This document shows, piece by piece, positions 39,271-52,789 of a DNA stretch of 64,000 bases (positions are counted from its first letter, which is position 1; each line of letters starts with the position of its first letter). The stretch comes from Mobula hypostoma. Its lineage: Eukaryota. The DNA lies in contig NC_086118.1 in assembly GCF_963921235.1 (NCBI RefSeq), positions 17,796,001-17,860,000 of the forward strand, given 5' to 3'. The notes beneath the pieces were generated by a model that worked only from the letters and a program-made list of their open reading frames with translations, did no database searches and was not told the DNA's origin. The position numbers were made by a program, and so were the translations under genes.

Positions 39271-40831
39271 AAGACAGAGAACTGGCATATATGATTGAAG
39301 TGTCAGGTGTATAAACAGTAAATAGTTGGATGCTAGTTGTCTTTTATATTTTATTAGATAGTTTCTTATTTCTCACTTTAATAATAATAAAAATGCTAAT
39401 CAAACATAGACTGTTATTCCAATATCTTTGGTGCTTTACTTCCACTAAAGTCTAAATATGCATTTATTTTAATTTTGGAAGAGGAAAATGTTAAGCTAAT
39501 TGAGCAATCTGGACTTGAGTTTCTCCAGCATTTTGTGTACATTGCTTTGGATTTCCAGCATCCGCAGACTTTCTCGTATTTCTGAAATGAACTTTGATGT
39601 TTTGGGATTTGACCGTAAGTATTCACTATGGAGCAACTTTTAAGCAAGAAAGCTTATCAGCCTCTGAAAAAACACTGTTTCAAATGCCACATCATCTGTC
39701 ACTGCTGCTTTTGAGATGTTCTCAGACCCTTACTGAGATACATTTTTTTTCCCCGTTTGCACGGTTTGATGTCTTTTGCACATTGGTTGTTTGTCTTTCC
39801 TGTTGTGTGTGGTCTTTCATTGATTCTATTGTGTTTCTTGGATTTACTGTGTAGCCCGCAAGAAGATGAATCTCAGGTTTGTATATGGTGATGTACATGT
39901 ACCTTCACAATCAATTTACCTTGAATTTTGATTGTTTTTCTTGTTTGTTTTTCTGTTTTTGTATCAGATTCCTAACACTTGCACACTTTTTATTCATATT
40001 AAAACCTTCTCTTTACCTATAAGCCCTATACCTCAGTGGTACCAGTTGAGGGTTGATATTCTAAATGTTTGCAGTAAAAGTACTTCTCCGCAATTTTTTT
40101 TCTGGCTGCAGCACTAACAATACTTGATGTAGGTATTTATGAATTTGTAGGACACAGGCTACCTTAGAGCTGATAGAATCTTTTTTCAAAGCAGCTTGTC
40201 CTTTTTAGTTCAGGTTCTTTGAAAATGTATGACGAGATTAACAATGAACTTAAATGTCACTCAGATGAGAAATTTTTTTTGAAAGATGTTCCATCTGCTT
40301 AAATTCAGGGCAAATATCAAATCCATCCACCAAGCATATTGCAGCCTTGTGAATTCAACAGTAAGTTTCAGATAATAGATTTGCTATTCCAGTTTTCACC
40401 TCTGTAGACCCACTTTTTGTTTACTTGCTTGTCAACTCACAACCACTGCTATGTCAATGCAAGAGCTTTAAGGCTTAAAGGATACTTAGCTCAAAATTAT
40501 TCCTCTAGATGCATTCCCAAGTTTAGAAGGAAAAAAGTCCATAACTGGACTACCAAATATTCATTTTACTTTGTGGACAGAGGAAGAAAATCTTACACAA
40601 ATGCAGCTACTTAACTGAAATCATCCTAGAAATTTGGATATATGGTTCTTTTCTCTGTGTCACGTATTGCTCCCAGGGTGGAACATAATCAGGAAGTTCC
40701 TTGGTTGATTTGTGTCACTTCACCAATCTGTGTGGATCTGGTGGTTTCTGTGTTTAATACATGCATTCCTCACGTAACATACGTTTATAGTGGAGATGGG
40801 AGACAGTAGGTCACTGAGGTTGGTTTCTATG

Positions 40832-41479
40832 GAGGGGAGGAGAAGATGGCGACACGACGCAGCGCACGCGGCTGCTCTGGAATGATATCAGTATTTGTTA
40901 AGTAGGTACCGTGCACAATCCTGATTTGTTGGAGACAGACGTGAGAAGCACGGAGGAACATCTGGAGAAATTTCTGAAATGCCCGCTTCGCGGCCGCTGC
41001 TACTTTGCGATCAAGAATCTCTGGAGGGGAAGGCCCCAAATCCTCGGCTTTGCCTATTGCCTGTTGCCAGGGCTGGGGTCAAAGCACTCGGCAGAGATGG
41101 TGCTCGGTGCTTGGTGTCGGAGGGCTGGTCGGAGGCTCAAAGTTTTTGGACGGACTCGAGAGCTGGCTGTGGTCGGGTGCTTCCAGGGTGCTGCATCGGC
41201 AAGTTTGTAGTGCTGGAGGTTCATGGCAGGGAGAGTTTTTCTTCTACCATCTGCGTGAGATGATGGGACTTCCGAGAGACTTTGAGACTTTTTTTACCGT
41301 GCCCATGGTCTGTTCTTTATCAAATTACGGTATAGATTTGCACTGTTGTAACTATATGTTATAATTATGTGGTTTTTGTCAGTTTCTCGGTCTTGGTTTG
41401 TCTTGTGTTTCTGTGATATCATACTGGAGGAACATTGTATCATTTCTTAATCATGTCCTCATAATCTAATCTAATCTAA
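40832..41479 (+). mobile_element. CpG-rich non-coding retroposon (non-autonomous, LINE-tailed)
   Basis: Begins ggagaagatggcg, ends (tctaa)3; no RT similarity visible. Confidence 0.5.
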
Positions 41480-41914
41480 CCCAAACCCTTGTGCTGTTGG
41501 GCAGCAGTCTAATTCTAACAAAGGACTCCCTGATATTATCAACCTGACTCTGCAAGTTCTCCTTTAATTGTTTACACATCAACTCCCTTTCGGTACCTCA
41601 ATCCCGCATAACCCACACTCCGCCTGAGGTATTGACTCCCACACCTCACAGTCTTTGCAGAAAATTCACCAAACTCCAAATCTAACAACCAACACCCATC
41701 CTCCTCACTCAACTTATTAGCTACTTGAAGCCCATATGCTACCATTGCCCAAACTTAACACTTGGTTAGGTTTCCGGTTACCCGTTTGATCACCTCCACC
41801 TACATTGCCAATTTGCCAAGTATTTCAAATGTACAGTCTTGGCTAGTTTATAGAAAGCAGAATGATATTTCCACTTAAATAAGATCCAGTTCAGTAATGC
41901 ACTAAGGAAGTTAA

Positions 41915-42684
41915 AGACTTCCCACCATTGAGGACATCTCCAAAGGTGGTGCTTTAAGAACTCCAAAGATCATAGTAAATTTATTATCGAAGTGATTATT
42001 TATTGAATTTATTATCAAAGTGTCACTATATATAAATCTGAGATTCGTTTTCTTGCAGGCATACTCAGTAAATCCAAGAAACATAATCAAATTAATGAAA
42101 GACTGCATCCAACAAGATGGACAAACAACCAAGGTCTAAAAGAGAGCAAACTATCCAACTAGAAAAGAAATTAAAAAGAAATAGCAATAATAAACAATAA
42201 GCAATAAATATCGAGAACATGAGATGAAAGTGAGTCCATAGGTTGTGGGAACAGTTCAATGATGGGGTGAGTGAAGTTAACCCCACTGGTTCTAGAGCCT
42301 GATGATTAAGGGGTAATGTCTGTTCCTGAAACTGGCAGTGTGGGTTGTGATGCTCTTGTACCACCTTCCTAATGGCAGCAGTGAGAAGAGAGCATGGCCT
42401 GGGTGGTGGGAGTCCTTGATGAATGCTGATGTTTTACTGTGTCAGTGCACTGTGTAGATGTTCTCACTGGTGGGAAGGACTTTACCCGTGATGGACGTGG
42501 CTGTATCCACTATTTTTGTGGACTTTACCATTCAATGGCATTTGTGTTTCCATACCAGGCTATGATGCAGATAGTCAATATACACTCCACCACACACCTA
42601 TAGAACTTTGTTAAAGTTTTGGATGTTATCCCGAATCTTCACAAACAACAAAGGCGGCTGCCATACTTTCTTTATAATTGCACT
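41915..42684 (-). mobile_element. Rex/Babar LINE 3' fragment
   Basis: RT C-terminus and 3'UTR; related RT sequence also at 44270-44540. Confidence 0.7.
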
Positions 42685-42686
42685 TA

Positions 42687-44266
42687 CAAGCCTAGAAGAA
42701 GTATTCACCACCCCTCCCTTGGAACATTTCATGTTTTATTGTTTTACATCATTGGATCCAAGTGGATTTAATTTGGCTTTTTTTGATACTGATCAACAGA
42801 AAAAGACTCTTTCGTGTAAAAGTGAAAACAGATCTCTACAAAGTGTTCTAAATTAATTACAACCATAAAACCAAAAAAATGATTGCACATGTGTCCACCC
42901 TTTCCAAGTCAGTATTTAGTAGATGCATCTTTGGCAGCAATTACAAGCTTGAGTCTCTGTGGATAGGTCTCTGTCAGCTTTGCATATCTGGACACTGCAA
43001 TTTTTCCCTACTCTTCTTTATAAAACTGCTCAAGCTCTGTCAGATTGCATGGGGATCGTGAGTGAACAGCCCTTTTCAAGTCCAGCCACAAGTTCTCAAT
43101 TGGATTGAGGTCTGGACTTTGTCTTGACCACTGCAGGACATTAACTTTCATTTTAAGCCATTCCTGTGCAGTTTTGGCTTTATGCTTGGGATCACTGTCT
43201 TGCTAGAAAACAATTCTTCGCCCAAATCGCAGTTCTCTTGCAGACTGCATCAGGTTTTCTTCCAGGATTTCCCTGTATTTTGCTGCATTCATTTTACCCT
43301 CTGCCTTCACAAGCCTTTCAGGGCCTGCTGCAGTGAAGCATCCCCTCAGCAGGGTGCAGCCACCACCAGATTCACAGTTGGGATGGTGTGTTTTTGATGA
43401 TGTGCGGTGTTTGGCTTATGCCAAACATAACTTATAGTCTGATGGCCAAAAACCTTATTTTTGGTTTCATCCGACCATAGAACCTCCTTCCAGCTGACTT
43501 CAGAGTCTTCCACGTGCCTTCTTCCAAACTCTAGCTGAGATTTCATGTGACTTTTTTTTCCCAACAGTGGCTTTCTCTTTGCCACTCTCCCATAAAGCTC
43601 TGACTGGTGAGACACCCAAACAACAGTTGGATGCGCAGTCTCTCCCAACTCAGCTACTGAAGCTTGTAACTCCTCTAGAGTTGTCATAGGTCTTTTGGAA
43701 ACCTTGCTCGCTAGTCCCTTTCTTGTACGGTCACTCAGTTTTTGAGCATGTACTACTCTTGGCAGATTTACAGCTGTGCCATTTCCTTCCATTTCTTGTA
43801 TCCATCTCCTGAAGTGTGCTTTTCATAACCTTTTTACTGAGTTGCTTGGAGTGTTCTTTTGTCTTCATGGTGTAGTTTTTGCCAGGATACTGACTCACCA
43901 GCAGTTGGATCTTCCAGCTACAGGTGTATTTTTACTACAATCAATTGAAACATCTTCACTACACATGGTGATCTCCATTTAACTAATTATGTGACTTCTA
44001 AAACCAATTGGCTGTACGAGTGATGATTTGGTGTGTCATATTAAAGGGTGTGACTACTTCTGCAATCAATTATTTTGTGTTTTATATATGTAATTAATTT
44101 AGATCACTTTGTAAAGATCTGTTTTCACTTTGACATGAAAGAGTCTTTTTCTGTTGATCACTGTCAAAAAAAAGCCAAATTAAATCTATTGTGATTCAAT
44201 GTTGTAAAACAATAAAACATGAAAACTTTGTGGGTTGGGAGGGGTGAATACTTTTTATAGGCATTG
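42687..44266 (-). mobile_element. Near full-length decayed Tc1 transposon with long inverted repeats
   Basis: Both ends present (gcctagaagaagtattcacc / ggtgaatactttttataggc); transposase KRPMTTLEELQASVAE..GRVAKRKPLL..WKEVLWSDETK. Confidence 0.92.
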
Positions 44267-44892
44267 ATTTGCTGGGTCTAAGACAGATCCTCTTTTATGA
44301 AAATACCAAAAATTTAAAGTTACTGATCTTCTCCATCTCTGATCTCTGAGGAGAACTGGCTCATGGACCTCTGGTTTCTTCCTTCTGAAATCAATAATCA
44401 GCTCCTTGGTTTTGGTGACAATGAGAAAGACATGGGGTTGCTGTGGCACCACTCAGCCAGATTTTCAATCTCCTTCCCACATGCTGGTTCATCACCACCT
44501 TTGATTTGGCCAACAAGAGTGGTGTCATCAGCAGACCTAACTCAAAGAAGACAACATTCATCATTCAAGACTGTAACTGTTGATAAAATGACCTCTTCTC
44601 ATGACTGCCTTCAAAGAAGAGGTACAGAAGCCTGAAAACTCATATGCAGGGTTCTAGGAGCAGCTTCTTCCTCTCTGCTATCAGATTTCTGAATGATCTG
44701 CAAACACTTCTTGTTATTCTTATTTGGCGCTATTTATTTTCTGTAACTTATTTTTGTGTCTTGTAATGTACTACTGCCGCAGAATAACATATTTCACAAC
44801 ATGTGTCAGGGATAAACCTAATGTTGATCCTCATTCTGAAGCTAAATTTACTGATAGGTTTCTCTCAACCAAAGTGACCATAACTTATTTCA

Positions 44893-46090
44893 TCACAACC
44901 AAAAGAAAATCTGCAGATGCTGGAAATCCAATCATCACACACAAAATGATGGAGGAACTCAGCAGTCCAGGCAGCATCAACAGTAAAGAGTATAGTTGGC
45001 ATTTCAGGCTGAGACCCTTACTCAAGACTAGAGAAAAAAAGGATGAAGGGTCAGAGTTAGAAGGTGGGGGTAGAGGAGGAAGAAACACAAGGTGATAGGT
45101 GAAACTGAGAGGGGAATGGGTGAAGTAAAGAGCTGGGAAGTTGATTGATGAAACTGATTGGTGAAAGGTCTGGAAAGGGGGAATCTGACAGTAAATGACA
45201 GAAGGCTGTGGAAGAAAGAGAAGCGGGGGGGAGCACCAGAGGGAGGAGATGAGAGAGTGGGAAAAGGGAATGGTGAAATCGGGTCTGGGGCATTACTGGA
45301 AGTCCGAGAAATCAATGTTCATACCATCAGGTTGGAGGCTACCCAGAGTGAATATAAGGTGTTGCTCCTCCAACCTGAGTGTGGCCTCATTGCAACAATA
45401 GAGGAAGTAATCAATAGTCATATCGGAATGGGAATAGGAAGTGGTACTGAAATGGGCGGCCACTGGGAGATCCTTCTTATTCTGTGCTCGGTGAAATGGT
45501 TTCCCAATCTACCGATTATACAGAAAGCCACACCGGGAGCCCCGGATAAAGTAGCTGACCAGAACAGACTCTCAGGTGAAGTGTTGCCTCACCTGGAAGG
45601 ACCATTTAGAGCCCTGAATGATAGTGAGGGAGGAGGTATAGAGGCAGGTGTAGCACTTGTTCCGCTTGCAAGGATACATGCCAGGAGGGAGATCAGTGGG
45701 GAGGAACGAATGGACAAGGGAGTTGAGTATAGAGTGATCTCTGCAAAAAGTTGCGGGAGGGGGGGTCGGTAGGAGGGAAAGGTGTGCTTAGTGGTGGGAT
45801 CCTGTTGGAGATGGCGTAAGTAATGGGGAATTACGTGCTGGATGTGGAGACTCATGGGGTGGTAGGTGAGGACAAGAGGAACTCTATCCCTACTGGGGTG
45901 GCGGGAGGATGGGGTGAGAGCAGACGTGTGTGTAATGGGAGAGATGCGGTTGAGTGCAATGTTAATGAGGAGGAAGGGAAGCCCCTGTCTTTAAAGGAGG
46001 ACATTTCCTTCATTCTGGAATGAAAAGCCTCATCCTGAGAGCAGATGCGTGGGAATACGGAGGAATTGAGTGAAGGGGATAGCATTTTTA
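44893..46090 (-). mobile_element. Penelope-like element, 3' portion (RT C-terminus, GIY-YIG endonuclease, terminal repeat)
   Basis: RICSQDEAFHSRMKEM; SLHIQHVIPHYLRHLQQDPTTKHTFPS; C-terminal EATLRLEEQHLIF.LGSLQPDGMNIDFS; degenerate hammerhead at 44994-45029. Confidence 0.88.
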
Positions 46091-47012
46091 AAGCTTATTT
46101 CATCTAGGCTGCTAGTACTGATCACCAGCATCATATTTTAACCAAGACCCCATGTTCCAGTCTATGATTAATCTCTGGGCCTCTCCTCTCCCGATCTAAA
46201 TTCAGTTGAATTTCTTTGTGTGCTAGGCACTGATACAACAAATGATGGAATGGTCTTTGCTGGAGTGAGATCAGTTCACTAGTTGAGCCTTTAGTTCTGC
46301 TATACTCCCACATGACATGATTTGATCAATGCAGTTGTTCATGTCCCATATGGACAAACAATCATGTCCTTTGAGAAACCTTTGTATTTCTCGGTGAGGC
46401 TTTTCTAAGGTGACTAATAGTTTTGTTAAATGTCACAATTTGTTTTACTGCCTGTACGATTCAATTTTGGTCATCTATAATAAGTTCATCCTAACTTTGG
46501 GTAGACTGCAAATTCAATAATATTAGCCTTCTTCAGGTTTGGTACCTTGTATGTCTTTAAGCAATAATAAAACATTGATAAAGTGGAGAAATTTAATAGA
46601 TAAAGCAAACCTTAAACTACATCAAATTCTCCTTGTCTTAAATTTATAATAGACAATTTAAGGCCATTAGACCATCTTTGTGTGAAAGAAAAAACATTTT
46701 TTTTGTGAACATGTTAGACACATTACTTTGTTATTTCCCTCTGTAGTCTTTTCTATTGTTTAATGCTGTAGAAGACATGCTGTGGCCTTAACTGTGTATT
46801 GTACAAAATGGAATAAATTGTGGTTATGACATTAGATGTCACTGCAGGAGACAGGATAGATGAAAGATGATGTTACCATCAAAAATTGAATGATAGGAGA
46901 TGGAGAACAATTATAAATAGAATGCTCTGTGGTTGAAGTTTGTTCCAGATGGTGTTCTGTAAGTATTTGTACCAAGACACTACTTTCCTAAGTACTTGCA
47001 CACAGTAGAGCT

Positions 47013-48155
47013 ACTAGGACTTGATGTTTCAATCCCCATGGTAAGTTGGCACTCTGGATGTTGGCAGTGGGCTTGGAGTGGTGACAAGGAGGGAGGGTAG
47101 GTACATCATCGGGGTCATCAGGTGGGCACCCTCCTTTTTTGACATTTCGTTGATAAGCCCATGACGTCTCCAGAGGGCTCAACGGTGCTACCTGGCGTCC
47201 CAGATACACCCCCCTCAGTTCCAAACCCTCCTGTCTTCATCTTGCAGCCCAGTTGTTCTCTTTCCTTTTAATCCAAATCCAATTGTTGTTTTCTTCTGCT
47301 GCGTTTGACAAGGACTTGATTGCTTGTTGGAGGGAGTGACCCCTCACCCCCATCTTCTTCAATAGACTGGTCGTAGATGTAGCAACGAATCCCCTGCATC
47401 CCACTTCTATAGGGAAAATGTTGGTCTTCCAGCCATTCTGGGCAGCTTCAGTTGCCAGTTCAGAGTACTTGGTCTTTTTCCTTTCATAAGTTTCTTCGAC
47501 ACCATCTTCCCATGGTACTGTCAATTCCACAACATTTGCCAGCTTGGCTGTTGTGGACCACAGGACCATGTCTGGCCGGAGTGTTGTAGCCGCGATGTCT
47601 GGGGGAAACACAAGCTTTTTTTTCCAAGTCCACATCCATTTTCCAATCCCGAGCAACCCGCAGAATGCTTACATCTTTTGATGTTATATGGTGCTCTGGA
47701 GGTTGGCCTGCTGGTACAAGTTGTGTGATGTGGACATTTCCTGCCGATGTTTGTGGGGGAGCATTTGTGATGATTCGCCTCTGTTCTAAGATTGATGCCA
47801 GCTGTCTGAGAACTTGGTTTTGGCGCCAAGTGTACCGCCCCTGGGTGAGGCTCATGGTGCATCCTGTTAAAATGTGCCTTAGTGATCCAGGTGCTTGACA
47901 AAGAGAGCAAGCAAGGTCTTCTCCCCACCACTGGTTCAGGTTCTGGGGTGTGAGTAGGAGGTCATAAGTGGCTCTGATGAGAAAACTTAGCTGAGATCCC
48001 TCCATCTCCCAGATGTCATGCCAGCTAAGTTTCCTCTTTTCCAGGCTCTCCCAATTAGTCCAGTTGCCCTGCTTGGTCACTGACACGGCCCTGGCGTTTC
48101 GCTCTGCCTCCTCCTGTCCTCTCAACTCCTCCACCACGAGTCGTCTCTTCTGCAC
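47013..48155 (-). mobile_element. Hero-clade (restriction-like endonuclease) non-LTR retrotransposon, 5'-truncated
   Basis: CCHC knuckle CSLC..LRHILTGC, RYTWRQNQVL, RPDMVLW..VELTVPWE, ERKKTKY, FPIEVGCRGF; stop at 47237 then 3'UTR. Confidence 0.88.
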
Positions 48156-48669
48156 TATCTTGCTCTATGTTTATACATGGTCCTGTGTAACCATCTAGTC
48201 TGCAGATGACAGTTAGTTAAGGGATGTGGAAAATTGAGCTGATGACAACCAAAAGTAAACAAGCCAGATTAAGTGACTGGCAATTACTATGGCTAAAGAT
48301 GTTCAATGTCAGAAAAAGTGAAGTCATTCATTTTAGACAAACCACAATATCTATGTAATTGTAAGAAACAAAAGACAGTGGAGGAGCAAGAAGATTTGGA
48401 ATTCCATATGCTAAAGGTGGGTGTAAGTTAGAAGCAAATAGATTAATGGAATGTTCCCTTTTACTTTGAAGGGATTGGAATAGAGAGGAGAGGAAATAAT
48501 ATTCTAATAGATTGAGAGATTTTGGTCTTGATTTAATCTGATGTGCTTGGTTCTGGGCACCTTAATTTGAATATATTTTACAGTAGAAAATCAAAAGTAT
48601 TATAGCACTTGAGGGTTAAATTATAAAGAGAAGTTGCATAAATATGAATTACTTCCACAAATTTATTTT

Positions 48670-48950
48670 TATTTGTTCATTTATTTATTGAGATTCAGGG
48701 CAGAATAACACTTCTGGCCCTTCAAGCCATGCTGCCCAGCAAACCTCTGATTTAATCCTGGTTTACATTGACTAATTAACGTACCAACCAGTTTCTAAGT
48801 AAACCTGTATGCCCTTGGACTGTGGGAGGCAACTGGAACACCGAGAAGAAACCCATGTGGTCATGGGGAGAACATACAAACTTCTTACAGGCAACGGCAG
48901 GATTTGAACCCTGTACTGTAAAGTGTTGTGCTAACCACTATGCCACTGTT
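48670..48950 (-). mobile_element. tRNA-derived SINE
   Basis: Reverse strand cagtggcatagtggttagc (A box) and gggttcaaatcc (B box). Confidence 0.7.
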
Positions 48951-49297
48951 AAGGTTAAATGATGTTTGTTTAAACCTACCAAAGAATTGATAGTGTAAGT
49001 CAGTCAACCCCTTCCTCTACAGGCAAAATGTAAATCAAGGAAAACAACTGGAAACAATTAACTTTAATGAAGTTAGGAAGTGTGAAGTTAGTTAAAATCT
49101 GGAACTTTTCTCAAAAGGCTATAAATACTCAGATAATTGAAATGTTGAAAGTTGAAATTGTCAGTGGAAGAATTTCAGGAATATGTACCAGGAAAGAGTA
49201 TGAAGGATGCATTGTTCCGATATTGTGAAGGTAAAGATCCTGTTTATAATTAGTGAAATAGAAACCTGCACTCATTGCCATTTCTGTTCTTTCTCAG

Positions 49298-49471
49298 CTT
49301 ATTGATTACAGAGTGGAGTTCAGTAAGTGGTGGTCTTCAGAGTTCAAGACCATCAAATTTCCATCACAAGGTACAGTTTTTGACTACTATATTGACACGG
49401 AGACAAAGAAGTTTGAGCCTTGGTCAAAACTTATTCCCAAATTTGGTCTTGATCCTGATATCCCTCTTCAG
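49298..49471 (+). CDS. DNAH9: Dynein heavy chain exon I
   Basis: tttctcag|CTT...CAG|gtaact; LIDYRVEFSKWWSSEFKTIKFPSQGTVFDYYIDTETKKFEPWSKLIPKFGLDPDIPLQ. Confidence 0.97.
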
Positions 49472-51458
49472 GTAACTAACTAATTGTAGATGAAATATTT
49501 AATAACTTGAAAAGTACATCATGTTCTGCTTGTGTTAAATTCTCACTTGAATGCTGCTCTAGAAATGGAATTTAATTTGCAGTTTGTTCTGATGTATTTG
49601 TTGAAATGGATCTTTCTAATTATAAAATGATATAAACTTGGAGCACAGTCAGAGGATAGTTGCTCCATTGAGTCGAGCCAGAAATGCATACATTTTTATT
49701 AGTCAGTTCCATTTCAAATCTCTCACTTTGTACATTTGTGTAGTTACCTATTCAGAGAATTCCTATTTCTGATGAACATTTCTGTACCTTTAAAACTATG
49801 AGTTTCAATCCCCACTACACTTGGATGAAAAGATTCTACTACAATCTTCTCTAATCCTCCAATAAATTACTTTAAATCAATGTCCTTTTATCACCAACCT
49901 TGGCCAGATAAATTCCACCCATCCTAATTTTCTGATAACTTTGAACACTTCAGTTATATCTTGCCTGTCTTTTTTTCCCCCCAAGGGAAAAGAAACTGTT
50001 TGCACAGTCTTTTAGCTCTAATATTCCAGCTCTGGCACCTCTCCAGTAAATCTGTTGTGCATTATCATTAGTGCCAGCATATGCTTTCTATCATGCGCTG
50101 ACTAGAATCATACATTCTGGATATTTTATACAGTTCTCACATAAATTCCCTGGGTTTATAACCAGCCAAAGCTATTGTCTAATACACCCTTTTACCAGCC
50201 TTATCAACCCGCCTGCTACTTTTAGTGGCCTTTGGATACATCCTCTAATATCCTGCCACACCTCTATATAATTAATTTTCAACAATTTCCCTTTCCGTAT
50301 TTGCCCTTCCATTGTTTTATAATTACCCCACATTTCTCTGGATATTTATTGATGCCTTCCTGCAGCTCACTCCTGTACTCAAACTTCTTAATCAGGGTCT
50401 CAATCTTTAAGCCTGAGTTAGTGACATCTATCACAATAGATGTGGGCTAACATGAGACCTGCAGGACTCCACTTCCAGTCACTAAAGTTCATGTCAGCCA
50501 CCACTCTTCTCTATCTCCCACTGAGCCCGTTTTTAATTCATCTTGTCAATCTTCTTTCAAAGCTGTGGACTTTTTCATTCTCAGTCTATGTGCCATATTG
50601 GATTTTGTCAATTACCTTGCTAAAAATCCATCTTGGTTGATGCAAATGCGCAGTCTCATTCAGCTCTCTTTGTTACTTCATCAAACAATTCAGTAGGATT
50701 AGTTAGATGAATAGTCAGGGTGGTACAACATATTGGAATGCTGATGTACTATTTTCTATTTGCTTACTGTCATCCTACCTTCTGCAAAGTTTATGCCTTG
50801 GATTTATCTCACCATATATTTACTGCAGTCAATAGTTCAGAAATTCTTTAACGAGGTGCTATGGTCATGTGGGAAAAATGGAGTAGAGTTTCATTAGAAA
50901 TGTTTTGTGAATTATTTTGTGGTAATTCCAAAGTCTCTGATTTTCCTTCTGGGTTGTTTATACTAATGTACAAACGTATAAACGGTACCAGGAAATGCAC
51001 TTTGGCTTCCAATAATTTGTGAAAGGTGCATGGACTTCAGTTCCACAAATTACATGTAAACCACACAGTGAAACAGGCTTCAATGAAATGTGGAGGAACT
51101 GTGTCTGGGTAGATACAAACCCAGTGGTAGGGCACTCGAACTAGTGGTCGATAAGTAAAACTATAGTCCTCGCTGTAGTTCTTCATTGGGAACAACATCA
51201 CAACTTCTCCAAATCATGATTCTGAAATCTCTGACTCCGACTTCATCTACCTACCTCTGTTAATTGTGATGATGATGTCTCAACAGCAACCAACCATGAT
51301 CTCTCCCCTCCCCTCCTCAGTAATATGGTCAGATACAAATGATACTCATGCTCCACCTCTTGACTGATAACAAATCCTCATTACCTTCTGTCACTCTTGC
51401 TTTTCAGTTGGGATTGTTGTTTGCTCCTTTTAATGTTGTCATGAATTTTTATTTTCAG

Positions 51459-51666
51459 GCTTGTCTGGTGCATACAGTAGAAACGATTCGCATCCGCTAT
51501 TTCATGGACAGGCTGCTGGATAGACGCCGGCCTGTCATGCTTGTTGGGAATGCTGGGACAGGTAAATCTGTGCTGGTGGGTGAGAAACTTGGGTCACTGG
51601 ATCCCGATGAGCATATGGTGAAGAATGTGCCATTTAACTACTACACTACATCTGCCATGCTGCAAG
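51459..51666 (+). CDS. DNAH9: Dynein heavy chain exon J (AAA3 Walker A, GNAGTGKS)
   Basis: ttttcag|GCT...CAA G|gtgaga; [41 protein letters not shown]...[10 protein letters not shown]. Confidence 0.97.
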
Positions 51667-51700
51667 GTGAGATTATATTATTGAAAGAATATTGCAGCTT

Positions 51701-51701
<1 letters not shown>

Positions 51702-51744
<43 letters not shown>

Positions 51745-51750
51745 ATATAC
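51702..51750. repeat. Compound (TA)n(CA)n microsatellite
   Basis: Read directly, about 35 nt downstream of exon J. Confidence 0.95.
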
Positions 51751-52737
51751 AAACATTTGCAACTCAGATACTTTCTGTTAGTCAAGTAAGTTTACCTCGG
51801 TACTGGCAATGATTTTTAATCACTTTTTAAAAAAATAATAAAGGCATAAAATAGCACTGGGTGTTCGAGGAGAGACAAAAAATTCATTAGCTAAATGCCC
51901 AATGCTCAGCCAGCACATGTCAGAGAAGGAACCAGCTGGCGTGTCGGAGGAGCTGGATCGGATTCAGGAGCTGACCATGGTGTCCATGCCCGGGTGGGGG
52001 CTGGCCTCTCCTGTTGGTGCTGCCCTCTAGTTTTCGATCAATAGAATGACAAGCTGGATTGCCAGGAACTGTACCATCAATTTGCAGAACTTGTCATTCA
52101 GGGTCTTGGGCTGTATATATGCTTTTTTTTTTGCAGTTTTTTGCTTGTTACTTTGAATGTGCTGTGTCTGTTTTGCAACTTGCCCCCAGAGGAAAGCTGT
52201 TCTTTTTTTCAACTGTATCCATGTATGGTTGAATGATAATTAAATTTGATTTGAAAAACTTGAACAATTTACAGTGGTAAGTATTTATCCACTAATATGT
52301 GCAAAATTCTAGATGAAGAAAGGTTAAGATGATATACACACTGATGACTGTAACAGTTACTATTGCATTAAACTTGCAATAACTGGAATTTCAAGTCTGA
52401 AAGGCTGGCATAACATCACTGCACAACAAAATCCTTTTATATAATCTCCTTACAAAGTGAAATCTTTAAACACCAGCTTGTTCTGGTTCTTCACTCGGCA
52501 CTAGCATTCTAAATAAAAGAAATTCGCGAGCGTAAACGTTTATGGCTGCTTTCGTTTTGTGGTGTTTCTTGAGGTACGTGCTGAGAGTATTCTTCAAATT
52601 CCGCAAGAACTGCAGCAAGATGATATAATTAAAGCTCAGGTCACGTTTGCACAAGCCTCTTGATTAGCACACTACTGAAAGCCATACCAAAACATGATGA
52701 CCTTGGAGCATCGTCATGGATAACAGGCATATCACAA

Positions 52738-52789
52738 TTGACAGTTCCCTATATCTTGACAGTTCCCTATATCTTGACAGTATATCTTG
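52738..52789. repeat. 18-bp tandem duplication
   Basis: ttgacagttccctatatc twice plus a partial ttgacagtatatcttg. Confidence 0.9.

Noticed and set aside
45158..45772. 204-aa plus-strand ORF
   Set aside because: Antisense shadow of the Penelope endonuclease region.
47085..47140. CTGATGA inside a hairpin in the Hero 3'UTR (minus strand)
   Set aside because: No GAAA half of the hammerhead core; more likely an ordinary 3'UTR stem-loop.
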